From Longimicrobiales bacterium (GTDB lineage Bacteria > Gemmatimonadota > Gemmatimonadetes > Longimicrobiales > Gaopeijiaceae): a DNA stretch of 64,000 nt. Positions 8,907 to 17,160 of the stretch are shown one piece after another. Under the pieces are notes generated by a model that was not told where the DNA came from, made no database searches, and saw only the letters and a list, made by a program, of their open reading frames with translations. The position numbers and the translations under genes are program-made. Position 1 is the first letter of the stretch. The number at the start of each line of letters is the position of its first letter. The stretch spans positions 420,707 to 484,706 of the forward strand of contig JAWLHJ010000002.1 of assembly GCA_041690395.1 (NCBI GenBank), read 5' to 3'.

Positions 8907-9898
8907 TGAACAAGAAGATCGGGATGGTGCTCGGCGCGGTCCTGGTGGGCGCCGCGGTTGTCTGGCTCGTGACCCGCGGTGGCGGCGAGGCCGCCGGAGC
9001 GCTCACCGCCTCCGGGACGGTCGAAGCCACGGATGCCCAGCTCGGCTTCCTCCTGCCGGGTCGGGTCGCCGAGGTCGTCCCCGCGGAGGGGGCGACCGTG
9101 AGGGCGGGCACCGAGCTCGCCAGCCTCGACGCACGCGAGGTGGACGCCCAGGTGGCCGCGGCTCGGGCCGACGTGGACGCGGCGAGAGCCGCGCTCGCGG
9201 AGCTCGAGGCAGGGGCGCGGGGCCAGGACATCGCGTCTGCGGAGGCCGCCCTCCGGAGCGCGGAGACACGGGCGCGAGAAACGGAGCAGAACGCCGATCG
9301 CGCCCGAACCCTCTTCGAGGGCGGTGCCATCAGTCGTCAGGCGCTCGACCGGGCCGAGACCGAGCGCGATGCCGCCCAGGCGGCCGCGGACCAGGCGAGG
9401 GAGCGGCTCGACCTCGTCCGGGAAGGCGCGAGGGAGGAGACCGTGCGCGCCGCCCGTGCCCGCCACGCGCAGGCCGAGGCCCGGCTGGCGAGCGCCGAGG
9501 CGACACGCTCGAACGCCGTGATCGTGGCTCCGTTCGAGGGCATCGTGACGGTCAGACATCGGGAGCCCGGCGAGACGGTGCCCGCCGGCGCGCCCGTGCT
9601 GACGCTGCTCGACCCGTCGGACCGATGGGTCCGCATCTACGTGCGGGAGGACCGTCTCGGCGCCGTCCGCATGGGCGCGCGGGCCTCCATCGTCTCGGAC
9701 ACCTATCCCGACCGCGTCATCGAGGGAGAGGTGGTCTTCATCGGCAGCGAGGCGGAGTTCACGCCGCGCAACGTCCAGACGGCCGAGGAGCGCATCCGTC
9801 TGGTCTACCCGGTGAAGGTGCGCATCACCGGAGACCCGGAGTTCGTGCTCAAGCCCGGCCTTCCCGCGGACGTCACGCTGGAGCTCGGCGGGTCGTGA
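8903..9898 (+). CDS. HlyD-family periplasmic adaptor (YbhG-like)
   Basis: N-terminal anchor, ASGTVEA, coiled coil, AEFTPRNVQT and LKPGLPADV. Confidence 0.92.
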   Translation: MMNKKIGMVLGAVLVGAAVVWLVTRGGGEAAGALTASGTVEATDAQLGFLLPGRVAEVVPAEGATVRAGTELASLDAREVDAQVAAARADVDAARAALAELEAGARGQDIASAEAALRSAETRARETEQNADRARTLFEGGAISRQALDRAETERDAAQAAADQARERLDLVREGAREETVRAARARHAQAEARLASAEATRSNAVIVAPFEGIVTVRHREPGETVPAGAPVLTLLDPSDRWVRIYVREDRLGAVRMGARASIVSDTYPDRVIEGEVVFIGSEAEFTPRNVQTAEERIRLVYPVKVRITGDPEFVLKPGLPADVTLELGGS

Positions 9899-10833
9899 GC
9901 GAGCCGGCCATCTCCCTCGAGGCGCTCAGCCGGCGGTTCGGGGACACGACGGCGGTGGACGGACTCACCTTCGACGTGCCGCGCGGCGGGTTGTTCGGGA
10001 TCGTGGGCCCCGACGGCGCGGGCAAGACCACGACGCTCCGGATGCTCTCGGGTGTGCTCCGGCCCTCTTCGGGGACCGCCCACCTCCTGGGCCTCGACGT
10101 CGCCGAGGACCCGGAGGCGGTGAAGCCGCACATCGCCTACATGGCGCAGAGGTTCGGCCTCTACGAGGACCTCACGGTCGCGGAGAACCTCGCGTTCTAC
10201 GCCGACCTCTACGGCGTGCCGCGGGCGGAGCGTCCGGCCCGGCTGGAGCGGCTCCATGCGTTCAGCGGGCTGGGGCCGTTCCAGGATCGACTGGCCGGCG
10301 CCCTCTCGGGCGGGATGAAGCAGAAGCTCTCCCTCTCGTGCTGTCTCGTGCACCGCCCCGAGGTCCTGCTGCTGGACGAGCCGACGTTCGGAGTCGATCC
10401 GATCTCGCGGCGAGACCTGTGGATGATCCTCCACGAGATGGTGGCGGACGGCATCACCGTGCTGATCACCACGTCCTACCTCGACGAGGCGGAGCGCTGC
10501 GACCGCGTCGCCCTGCTCGACGAGGGCCGAGTGCTCGCCCTGGACGATCCGCGCGTGCTCCAGCGATCGCTCGACGGCACGGTCTGGGCCATCGAGACCG
10601 CCGATCCGCGGGCGGCACGCGACACACTCCGACGGGATCCCCGCATCGGGAGCGCCGTCCTGTTCGGCGACGTCGTCCACGCCTTCGTCCCATCGGGGCT
10701 CGACGGCGACGCCGTAACGGGCCTGCTTGGGGGACACGGCTTCCCGACCCGGGACGTCCGTCCCATCGAGCCGTCCCTCGAAGACGTCTTCATCCAGCTC
10801 GTGGGCGCGAGCGGGGGCGAGCCCCATGCCTGA
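9895..10833 (+). CDS. ABC transporter ATP-binding protein (YbhF N-half-like)
   Basis: GPDGAGKTT, LSGGMKQK, LLLDEPT; GTG start overlaps upstream stop. Confidence 0.92.
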   Translation: MSEPAISLEALSRRFGDTTAVDGLTFDVPRGGLFGIVGPDGAGKTTTLRMLSGVLRPSSGTAHLLGLDVAEDPEAVKPHIAYMAQRFGLYEDLTVAENLAFYADLYGVPRAERPARLERLHAFSGLGPFQDRLAGALSGGMKQKLSLSCCLVHRPEVLLLDEPTFGVDPISRRDLWMILHEMVADGITVLITTSYLDEAERCDRVALLDEGRVLALDDPRVLQRSLDGTVWAIETADPRAARDTLRRDPRIGSAVLFGDVVHAFVPSGLDGDAVTGLLGGHGFPTRDVRPIEPSLEDVFIQLVGASGGEPHA

Positions 10834-11770
10834 GAGCTTCCCGGTCTCGGTCCGCGGCCTCACCCGCCGATACGGCGACTTCACCGCCGTCGATGCCGTC
10901 ACCTTCGATGTGCGAGCGGGTGAGATCTTCGGATTCCTGGGGCCGAACGGCGCCGGAAAGACGACGACCATCAAGATGCTGACCGGTCTGGTCGCCCCGT
11001 CCGAAGGAGAGGGGTGGGTCGCGGGCAGGAACGTTCTCACCGAGCGCACGGAGATCCGGAGCCGGATCGGCTACATGTCCCAGAAGTTCTCGCTGTACGG
11101 CGACCTCACCGTCGCCGAGAACATCGAGTTGTTCGCGGGACTGTACGGAGTCGAGGGGGAGCGGCTCGAAGCCCGCCGCCGCTGGATCCTCGAGATCTCG
11201 GAGCTGGACGAGCACCGGGACAGCCCCACAGAGACGCTCCCGCTCGGGTGGAAGCAGCGTCTCGCTCTCGGCTGCGCCATGGTCCACGAGCCGCCCATCC
11301 TGTTCCTCGACGAGCCCACGTCGGGGGTCGATCCGGTGGCACGGAGGAGATTCTGGGACCTGATCGACGCCCTCTCCGACTCGGGGACCACGATCTTCGT
11401 CTCGACGCACTATATGGAGGAGGCCGAGTACTGTCACCGGCTCGCCCTCCTGAATCGAGGCCGGCTGATCGCGCTGGACACGCCTGCCGCTCTGCGCGCG
11501 GGGCTCGATGAGCCCGTCTACAGGGTGGAAACGCTGGACACGCCCACCGCCGCCCGTGCCCTGGACGGCGCGTCCGGCATCCTCGAGGCCGCCATGTTCG
11601 GGCGCGCCCTGCACGTGACGACGACGCCGGACGCCGCCGGCCCCGACCTGATCCGCGCCACGCTGGCGTCGGCCGGCCTCGACGTCGACGCCATCGAGCG
11701 CATCTCCCCTTCCCTCGAAGACGTCTTCGTCTCGCTGGTGCGAGCGGAGGGCGGGGCGGTGGAGGGCTGA
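10826..11770 (+). CDS. ABC transporter ATP-binding protein (YbhF C-half-like)
   Basis: GPNGAGKTT, LPLGWKQR variant signature, LFLDEPTSGVDP. Confidence 0.92.
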   Translation: MPESFPVSVRGLTRRYGDFTAVDAVTFDVRAGEIFGFLGPNGAGKTTTIKMLTGLVAPSEGEGWVAGRNVLTERTEIRSRIGYMSQKFSLYGDLTVAENIELFAGLYGVEGERLEARRRWILEISELDEHRDSPTETLPLGWKQRLALGCAMVHEPPILFLDEPTSGVDPVARRRFWDLIDALSDSGTTIFVSTHYMEEAEYCHRLALLNRGRLIALDTPAALRAGLDEPVYRVETLDTPTAARALDGASGILEAAMFGRALHVTTTPDAAGPDLIRATLASAGLDVDAIERISPSLEDVFVSLVRAEGGAVEG

Positions 11771-11773
11771 CCT

Positions 11774-12922
11774 ATGACCGTCCTCGCTCCTCGCCGTCTG
11801 GCGGCGATCTCCCGCAAGGAGTGGATCCAGCTCCGCCGTGACCAGCGCAGCATGATCCTGGCGTTCCTGCTCCCGCTCCTTCTGCTCCTCTTCTTCGGGT
11901 ACGCGATCACCTGGGACGTCGAGGACATCTCGCTGGCCGTGCTCGACGAGGACGCGAGCGCCGAGAGCCGTGCCCTGGTCGAAGCGTTCACGTCGAGCGG
12001 GCTGTTCAACATCCGGGACCATCCGGCCTCGGCCGCGGAGGTGGAGCAGGTGCTCACGCGTGGGTCGATCGGCGCGGTTCTCGTCATCCCTCCGGGATAC
12101 GCGTTGGACGTCTCCGATCCGTCGCGGTCGGCCGTGGTACAGCTCCTCCTGGACGGAAGCGACGCGAACACCGCGACCATCGCCCTGAACTACGCCGACG
12201 CCATCGTCGCACGGATGGGGGCGCAACTCGCGGCCACCATGTCCGCCGCGGGGCCCGGAGGCACCCTTCCCCGCGGCCCATCGCTCGAGACCCGCGCCTG
12301 GTACAATCCGAACCTCGAGAGCCGACACATGATCGTGCCGGCGCTCATCGCGGTCATTATGTCGGTGATCGCGGCCATGCTCACCGCCCTCACCATCGCG
12401 CGTGAGTGGGAGCGTGGCACCATGGAGCAGCTCGCGGCCACTCCGGCGAGCCGCCTCGAGATCGTGATCGGCAAGCTGCTCCCCTACCTCGCCATCGGGC
12501 TCTTCGACGTCGCGGTGACCGTCGTCGCGGGCAGGGTGATCTTCGGAACGCCGCTGAACGGAAGCGTGTTGCTGCTGGCGCTCATGACCACGCTCTTCCT
12601 GGTGGGGGCGCTGGGTCTGGGGATCTTCATCTCGGCGGCGGTGAAGTCGCAGGTGCTCGCCACCCAGGTCGCCATGGTCGCGACCTATCTACCGGCCATC
12701 CTGCTCTCCGGGTTCCTGTACGACATCGCCAGCATGCCCCGGCCCCTGCAGGCGTTCACGTTCCTGGTGCCGGCCCGCTACTTCGTGACCGTCACGCGCG
12801 GCATCTTCCTCAAGGGCGTCGGGCTCGAAGCGCTGTGGCCACAGGCCCTCCTCATGACCCTCTACGCCGTGCTCGGACTCGCCCTGGCGACCCGCGCGTT
12901 CCGTAAGGAGCTCCCCGAATGA
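11774..12922 (+). CDS. ABC-2 permease (YbhS-like)
   Basis: RKEWIQLRRD, WYNP, AREWERGTMEQL, TM helices. Confidence 0.92.
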   Translation: MTVLAPRRLAAISRKEWIQLRRDQRSMILAFLLPLLLLLFFGYAITWDVEDISLAVLDEDASAESRALVEAFTSSGLFNIRDHPASAAEVEQVLTRGSIGAVLVIPPGYALDVSDPSRSAVVQLLLDGSDANTATIALNYADAIVARMGAQLAATMSAAGPGGTLPRGPSLETRAWYNPNLESRHMIVPALIAVIMSVIAAMLTALTIAREWERGTMEQLAATPASRLEIVIGKLLPYLAIGLFDVAVTVVAGRVIFGTPLNGSVLLLALMTTLFLVGALGLGIFISAAVKSQVLATQVAMVATYLPAILLSGFLYDIASMPRPLQAFTFLVPARYFVTVTRGIFLKGVGLEALWPQALLMTLYAVLGLALATRAFRKELPE

Positions 12923-14079
12923 GCCCGGCACCCACGACCCGGTCCGGCGCCCGGCCCACGACGTGGCACTCGGCCGCCCTTCGCGTGCGCAAGATGGTCA
13001 TCAAGGAGTTGCGCCAGCTGTTTCGGGACCCGAGGACAAAGCGGGTGATCTTCATCTCGCCCATCCTCCAGCTCCTGCTGTTCGGATACGCTGTGAACAC
13101 GGACGTGAGGAACGTCCCCACCGCGCTCGTGGACCACGACCGGACGGCCGAGTCGCGCGCGCTGGTCCAGGCGTTCACGGCGTCCGGATACTTCCGCGTG
13201 GTGCTGTCGTCGGACCGGCCCTCCGACCTCGGGACCGCGCTCGACCGCGGCGACGCGGTGGTCTCCCTGGAAATCCCCGTCGGGTACGCGCGAGACCTCT
13301 CTGCCGGCGGATCGCCGCGGGTCCAGCTCATCGTGGACGGCACGAACTCCAACACCGCCACCGTGGCGCAGGGCTACGCGGCCAAGATCGTGCGCGACCA
13401 TGGCGCGCGCTCCGCGACTGCCTCAGGATCGTTCGTCCCGCCCGTGGACCTGCGCGCCCGGGCGTGGTTCAACCCGGCGCTGGAGTCGCGCACCTACAAC
13501 GTGCCGGCGGTGATCGGGGTCATCGTCCTCCTCATGTGTCTGCTCCTGACCGCCATGGCCGTCGTGCGCGAACGGGAGGTCGGCACCCTGGACCAGCTCC
13601 TCGTGTCTCCGCTCCGGCCGGTCGAGCTCATGCTCGGCAAGACCATCCCCGTCGCGGGGATCGCCCTCGTGCAGCTGGCGACGGTCACCGCGGTCGCGCT
13701 CCTCTGGTTCGACGTCCCGTTCCGCGGCTCGCCCCTTCTCCTGCTCGCGGCGTCCTTGCTGTTCATCCTCGCGGGGCTGTCGTTCGGCCTGCTGATCTCC
13801 ACGATCTCGGCCACGCAGCAGGAGGCCTTCCTGTCGATGTTCCTCTTCATGCTCCCCGCCATCATCCTCTCGGGATTCCTCTACCCCATCGAGACGATGC
13901 CGGACGTCTTCCAGACGCTCACCCTCGCCAACCCCCTCCGGCACTTCCTCGAGATCGTGCGCGGGATCTTCCTCAAAGGCGCCGGCCTCGAGAGCCTCTG
14001 GCCGCAGTTCACCGTCCTCACGGGCATGGCCGTCGCCGGGCTCGCATACGCGACCCGCAGGTTTCAGCGGTCCCTGTAG
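12919..14079 (+). CDS. ABC-2 permease (YbhR-like)
   Basis: KELRQLFRD, WFNP, VREREVGTLDQL, NPLRHFL. Confidence 0.92.
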   Translation: MSPAPTTRSGARPTTWHSAALRVRKMVIKELRQLFRDPRTKRVIFISPILQLLLFGYAVNTDVRNVPTALVDHDRTAESRALVQAFTASGYFRVVLSSDRPSDLGTALDRGDAVVSLEIPVGYARDLSAGGSPRVQLIVDGTNSNTATVAQGYAAKIVRDHGARSATASGSFVPPVDLRARAWFNPALESRTYNVPAVIGVIVLLMCLLLTAMAVVREREVGTLDQLLVSPLRPVELMLGKTIPVAGIALVQLATVTAVALLWFDVPFRGSPLLLLAASLLFILAGLSFGLLISTISATQQEAFLSMFLFMLPAIILSGFLYPIETMPDVFQTLTLANPLRHFLEIVRGIFLKGAGLESLWPQFTVLTGMAVAGLAYATRRFQRSL

Positions 14080-14089
14080 CGTCGGCGGG

Positions 14090-14118
14090 TTGCACATAGT
14101 TCAAGATTAAATCATATT
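14090..14118 (+). promoter_or_regulatory. Sigma70-like promoter TTGCAC-N17-CATATT with AT-rich imperfect palindrome in the spacer
   Basis: AT-rich island upstream of the dioxygenase gene. Confidence 0.5.
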
Positions 14119-14170
14119 GCCTGGCACGGGGACGACACGGAGAACAACCCAAGGTTCAGGAGCCCGCGAC

Positions 14171-15238
14171 ATGCCCAAGGTGACAGAAGGCTTCCATCAC
14201 ATCACCATGGTCTCGGCCGATGCCCGGCGGACCCTCGACTTCTACGGCAACCTGCTCGGGCTCGGCCTGGTGAAGAAGACCGTCAACTTCGACGATCCCG
14301 GCGCATACCATCTGTACTTCGGGAACGACGGCGGCCGGCCGGGCACGCTGCTCACCTTCTTCGAGTGGCCGCACGCGCGCCGCGGCGGATGGGGGGTCGG
14401 CGGCGTGCATCACCTGGCGCTCGGCGTCGCGACGCCCGAGGCGCAGCTCAAGTGGAAGCGGCGCCTCATGGATCACGGCGTGCAGGTCAGCGGCCCCGTC
14501 GACCGGGGATACTTCACCAGCCTGTACTTCAGCGACCCCGACGGGCAGATCCTGGAAATCGCCACGGCGGGTCCGGGCTACGCCATCGATGAGCCGGCCG
14601 ACGCGTTGGGTCGTGAGCTGGTCACGCCGCCGTCCGAGCGGCTGCCCGACGGTCGCGACGAGGCGGCCATCGCTCGGAAGACCCATCCGGAGCCGGTCCC
14701 CGAGGTGACCCCGGACATGGCGCTCAGCGGGATCCACCACATCACGGGGATCACGGGTGACCTCGAGGAGGCCGACCGATTCTACCAGGAAGCGCTCGGC
14801 CTCGAGATCGTGAAGAAGACGTTCAACCAGGACGACGCGAAGACGCTGCACTACTTCTGGGCCAACTACGACGGCGAGCAGGTGGCTCCGCACTCGACGC
14901 TCACGCTCTTCGGGTGGGGCGAGTCGACGTACCATGCCCGCCAGGGCGCCGGGCAGACCCACCACATCGCATTCCGGGCTCGCGACGCGGAGGACCAGGC
15001 GGCATGGCGGGAGCATCTGCTCTCCCTGGGGGTGCAGGTCACCGAGGTGAAGGACCGGCAGTACTTCGAGAGCATCTACTTCCAGGCCCCCGACGGCATG
15101 CTTCTGGAAATCGCGACCGACGGGCCGGGCTTCGCGATCGACGAGCCGGAAGAGGAGTTGGGATCGGGGCTCATGCTGCCGGCATGGCTGGAGCCGAGAC
15201 GGGAGAAGATCGAGACGCAGCTCACGCCGCTGGGGTGA
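14171..15238 (+). CDS. VOC-family ring-cleaving dioxygenase (MhqA/MhqO/PcpA-like), two-domain
   Basis: GFHHIT, KKTVNFDDPGAYHLYFG, THHIAFR, DRQYFESIYF and EIATDGPGF. Confidence 0.92.
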   Translation: MPKVTEGFHHITMVSADARRTLDFYGNLLGLGLVKKTVNFDDPGAYHLYFGNDGGRPGTLLTFFEWPHARRGGWGVGGVHHLALGVATPEAQLKWKRRLMDHGVQVSGPVDRGYFTSLYFSDPDGQILEIATAGPGYAIDEPADALGRELVTPPSERLPDGRDEAAIARKTHPEPVPEVTPDMALSGIHHITGITGDLEEADRFYQEALGLEIVKKTFNQDDAKTLHYFWANYDGEQVAPHSTLTLFGWGESTYHARQGAGQTHHIAFRARDAEDQAAWREHLLSLGVQVTEVKDRQYFESIYFQAPDGMLLEIATDGPGFAIDEPEEELGSGLMLPAWLEPRREKIETQLTPLG

Positions 15239-15267
15239 GCCCGCATGCGAGCGTACACGGAGGACAT

Positions 15268-15951
15268 ATGAGGGACGAGAAGAACGATGGCGGGAACGGC
15301 GGGCCGAGCCTCGCCGACTTCGAGGTGAGCGGACCGCAGCCGCCGAGGTCGGACGGCACGGTCGCGGTGCTCCTGCACGGACGGGGCAGCGACATGCACG
15401 ACCTGCAGGGGCTCCGTCGCCTCCTGCCCGACTCCTGGACGCTGGTCACGCCCCGGGCCACGTATCCCGGAGCGCCATGGGGATACGGCCCCGGCTGGGC
15501 CTGGTACCGCTACGTCGCCGACGACCGCGTGGTCGAGGAGACGCTGTCGCACAGCTTGGACGCGCTCGACCGCTTCCTGGACGACCTGCCGGATCACCTC
15601 GGCGGGCCGGTGGAGCGGCTCGTGCTCGGAGGGTTCTCGCAGGGGGGCACCATGAGCCTGGCCTACGCGCTCACGAGGGACCGGCCGATCGTGGCGGCCC
15701 TCAACTTCTCCGGCTTCCTGGCCGACGGCGTGGACACGAGCACGGCGTCCGACGGACCTCCCGTCTTCTGGGGGCACGGCCTCCACGACCCGGCGATTCC
15801 GCACGCCCTCGCCATCCGCGGACGGGCGACGCTCGAGGCCGCCGGCTTGAGCGTCACCGCAACCGACCACCCGATCGGGCATGGCATCGTCCCGGACGAG
15901 ATCGAGGCAGCCGTGCGGATGGTGGAGGCCTCGAGCGCCGGGGCCCGGTAG
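15268..15951 (+). CDS. Phospholipase/carboxylesterase (MhqD-like alpha/beta hydrolase)
   Basis: LLHGRG, GFSQG nucleophile elbow, HGLHD, GHGI; GGAGG RBS. Confidence 0.9.
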   Translation: MRDEKNDGGNGGPSLADFEVSGPQPPRSDGTVAVLLHGRGSDMHDLQGLRRLLPDSWTLVTPRATYPGAPWGYGPGWAWYRYVADDRVVEETLSHSLDALDRFLDDLPDHLGGPVERLVLGGFSQGGTMSLAYALTRDRPIVAALNFSGFLADGVDTSTASDGPPVFWGHGLHDPAIPHALAIRGRATLEAAGLSVTATDHPIGHGIVPDEIEAAVRMVEASSAGAR

Positions 15952-15972
15952 GCGCCTTCCGCGGCGGGTGCC

Positions 15973-17160
15973 CTACCGCTCCGGAGGAGCGCCCGCGTAC
16001 CCGGTGAGCTCGACGTATCCGAGCCCGGCGGTGTCTTCCCCTCCCGGCCCGGTGCCCCGCACGCGGACCGAACCCTCCCAATAGCGGAACGCCAGATCGA
16101 GCTCCTGGTCGCGCAGGACGGGCTCGATCAGGAGATCCACGCCACGGTCGGGAGCGCGCAGTCGCCACCCGGACGGGTAGACCGTCCCGTCGATGGGCGA
16201 GGTCCATTGGTCGGTGACCTCCAGCTCGAGGTCTTCCCCCCACTCGAGTGGCACCTTGCGGCCCTCCGGGTCGATGAGCACCCCGTCGCTCAGCGGATCG
16301 GCCGAGCCGTCCGCGAGCCGGAGCTGGTAGACCATCACCTCCCAGTCGTCGTCCAACTGGAGGGAGAACCAGTCCCACCCGACCTGGTCCCCGGAGAGCG
16401 CCGAGGTGCTCCACTCGCGATCCATCCAGGCCAGGCCCGACACGTCGAGCGTGTCGACTCCGACCACGACCGTGCCCGATGCCGGCAGGCGGGTGTGCGC
16501 GTAGTAGTACGACGCGTTTCCGGGCTCGGGCCCCTTCTGGCTGAGTCCCCGGTCTCCCTGGAGCACCACGGGCTTCCCCTGGTCCAGCCGCAAACGGAGG
16601 GCGACGTCGCCCGCGGCCGCGGAGAGCCGGAGCGGGAAGCCCTCGCCGGACGGGGCGCCGCGAAGCTCCCAGTCTTCGACCCAGACCCGAAAGGTGGAGT
16701 CCGCCTCCGGCCCCACCGCGCCGGCCAGCCCCCCCGCTCCGCGCGCGAACCGCTCGAAGTCCCGGAAGCGCCCGTCCGAAACGTCGGTGAGCGTGAAGTG
16801 CCCCATGTACGCCTGGTTCGTCGCCCAGGCGGAGGCGAGCTCGGGCGGCGTGGGCGCCAGCGCGCTCCGGAAGATCGTGAACTGGAATCCGAAGGCCCGC
16901 CCGTCCTGCGCCGCCAGGTTGCCCGTGACGTACCACCACTCCGTGCGGAAGGACGGATGCGGGCCGTGATCCTCCGGAAACGAGAACGGCCTCACCGCCA
17001 TGGCCCTCGCGTACCCCGCCGTGTCGGCGCCGGCCAGCGTCTCCGAGAGGGAGAGACGGGCACGGGCCGTCCCGTCCGGGGAGCTGCCGTCGCACCCCGC
17101 ACCAACCGCCGCGAGCCCAGTGGCTGCAGCCAGCAGGAAGACTTCGCGCGCGCGCATCAT
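15973..17160 (-). CDS. AttH/CrtC-like lipocalin-fold secreted protein, probable lipoprotein
   Basis: FPEDHGPHP, TEWWYVTGNL, WMDREWS, GWDWFSLQL, YWEG, GYVELTGY; lipobox GAGC. Confidence 0.88.
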   Translation of the reverse strand: MMRAREVFLLAAATGLAAVGAGCDGSSPDGTARARLSLSETLAGADTAGYARAMAVRPFSFPEDHGPHPSFRTEWWYVTGNLAAQDGRAFGFQFTIFRSALAPTPPELASAWATNQAYMGHFTLTDVSDGRFRDFERFARGAGGLAGAVGPEADSTFRVWVEDWELRGAPSGEGFPLRLSAAAGDVALRLRLDQGKPVVLQGDRGLSQKGPEPGNASYYYAHTRLPASGTVVVGVDTLDVSGLAWMDREWSTSALSGDQVGWDWFSLQLDDDWEVMVYQLRLADGSADPLSDGVLIDPEGRKVPLEWGEDLELEVTDQWTSPIDGTVYPSGWRLRAPDRGVDLLIEPVLRDQELDLAFRYWEGSVRVRGTGPGGEDTAGLGYVELTGYAGAPPER

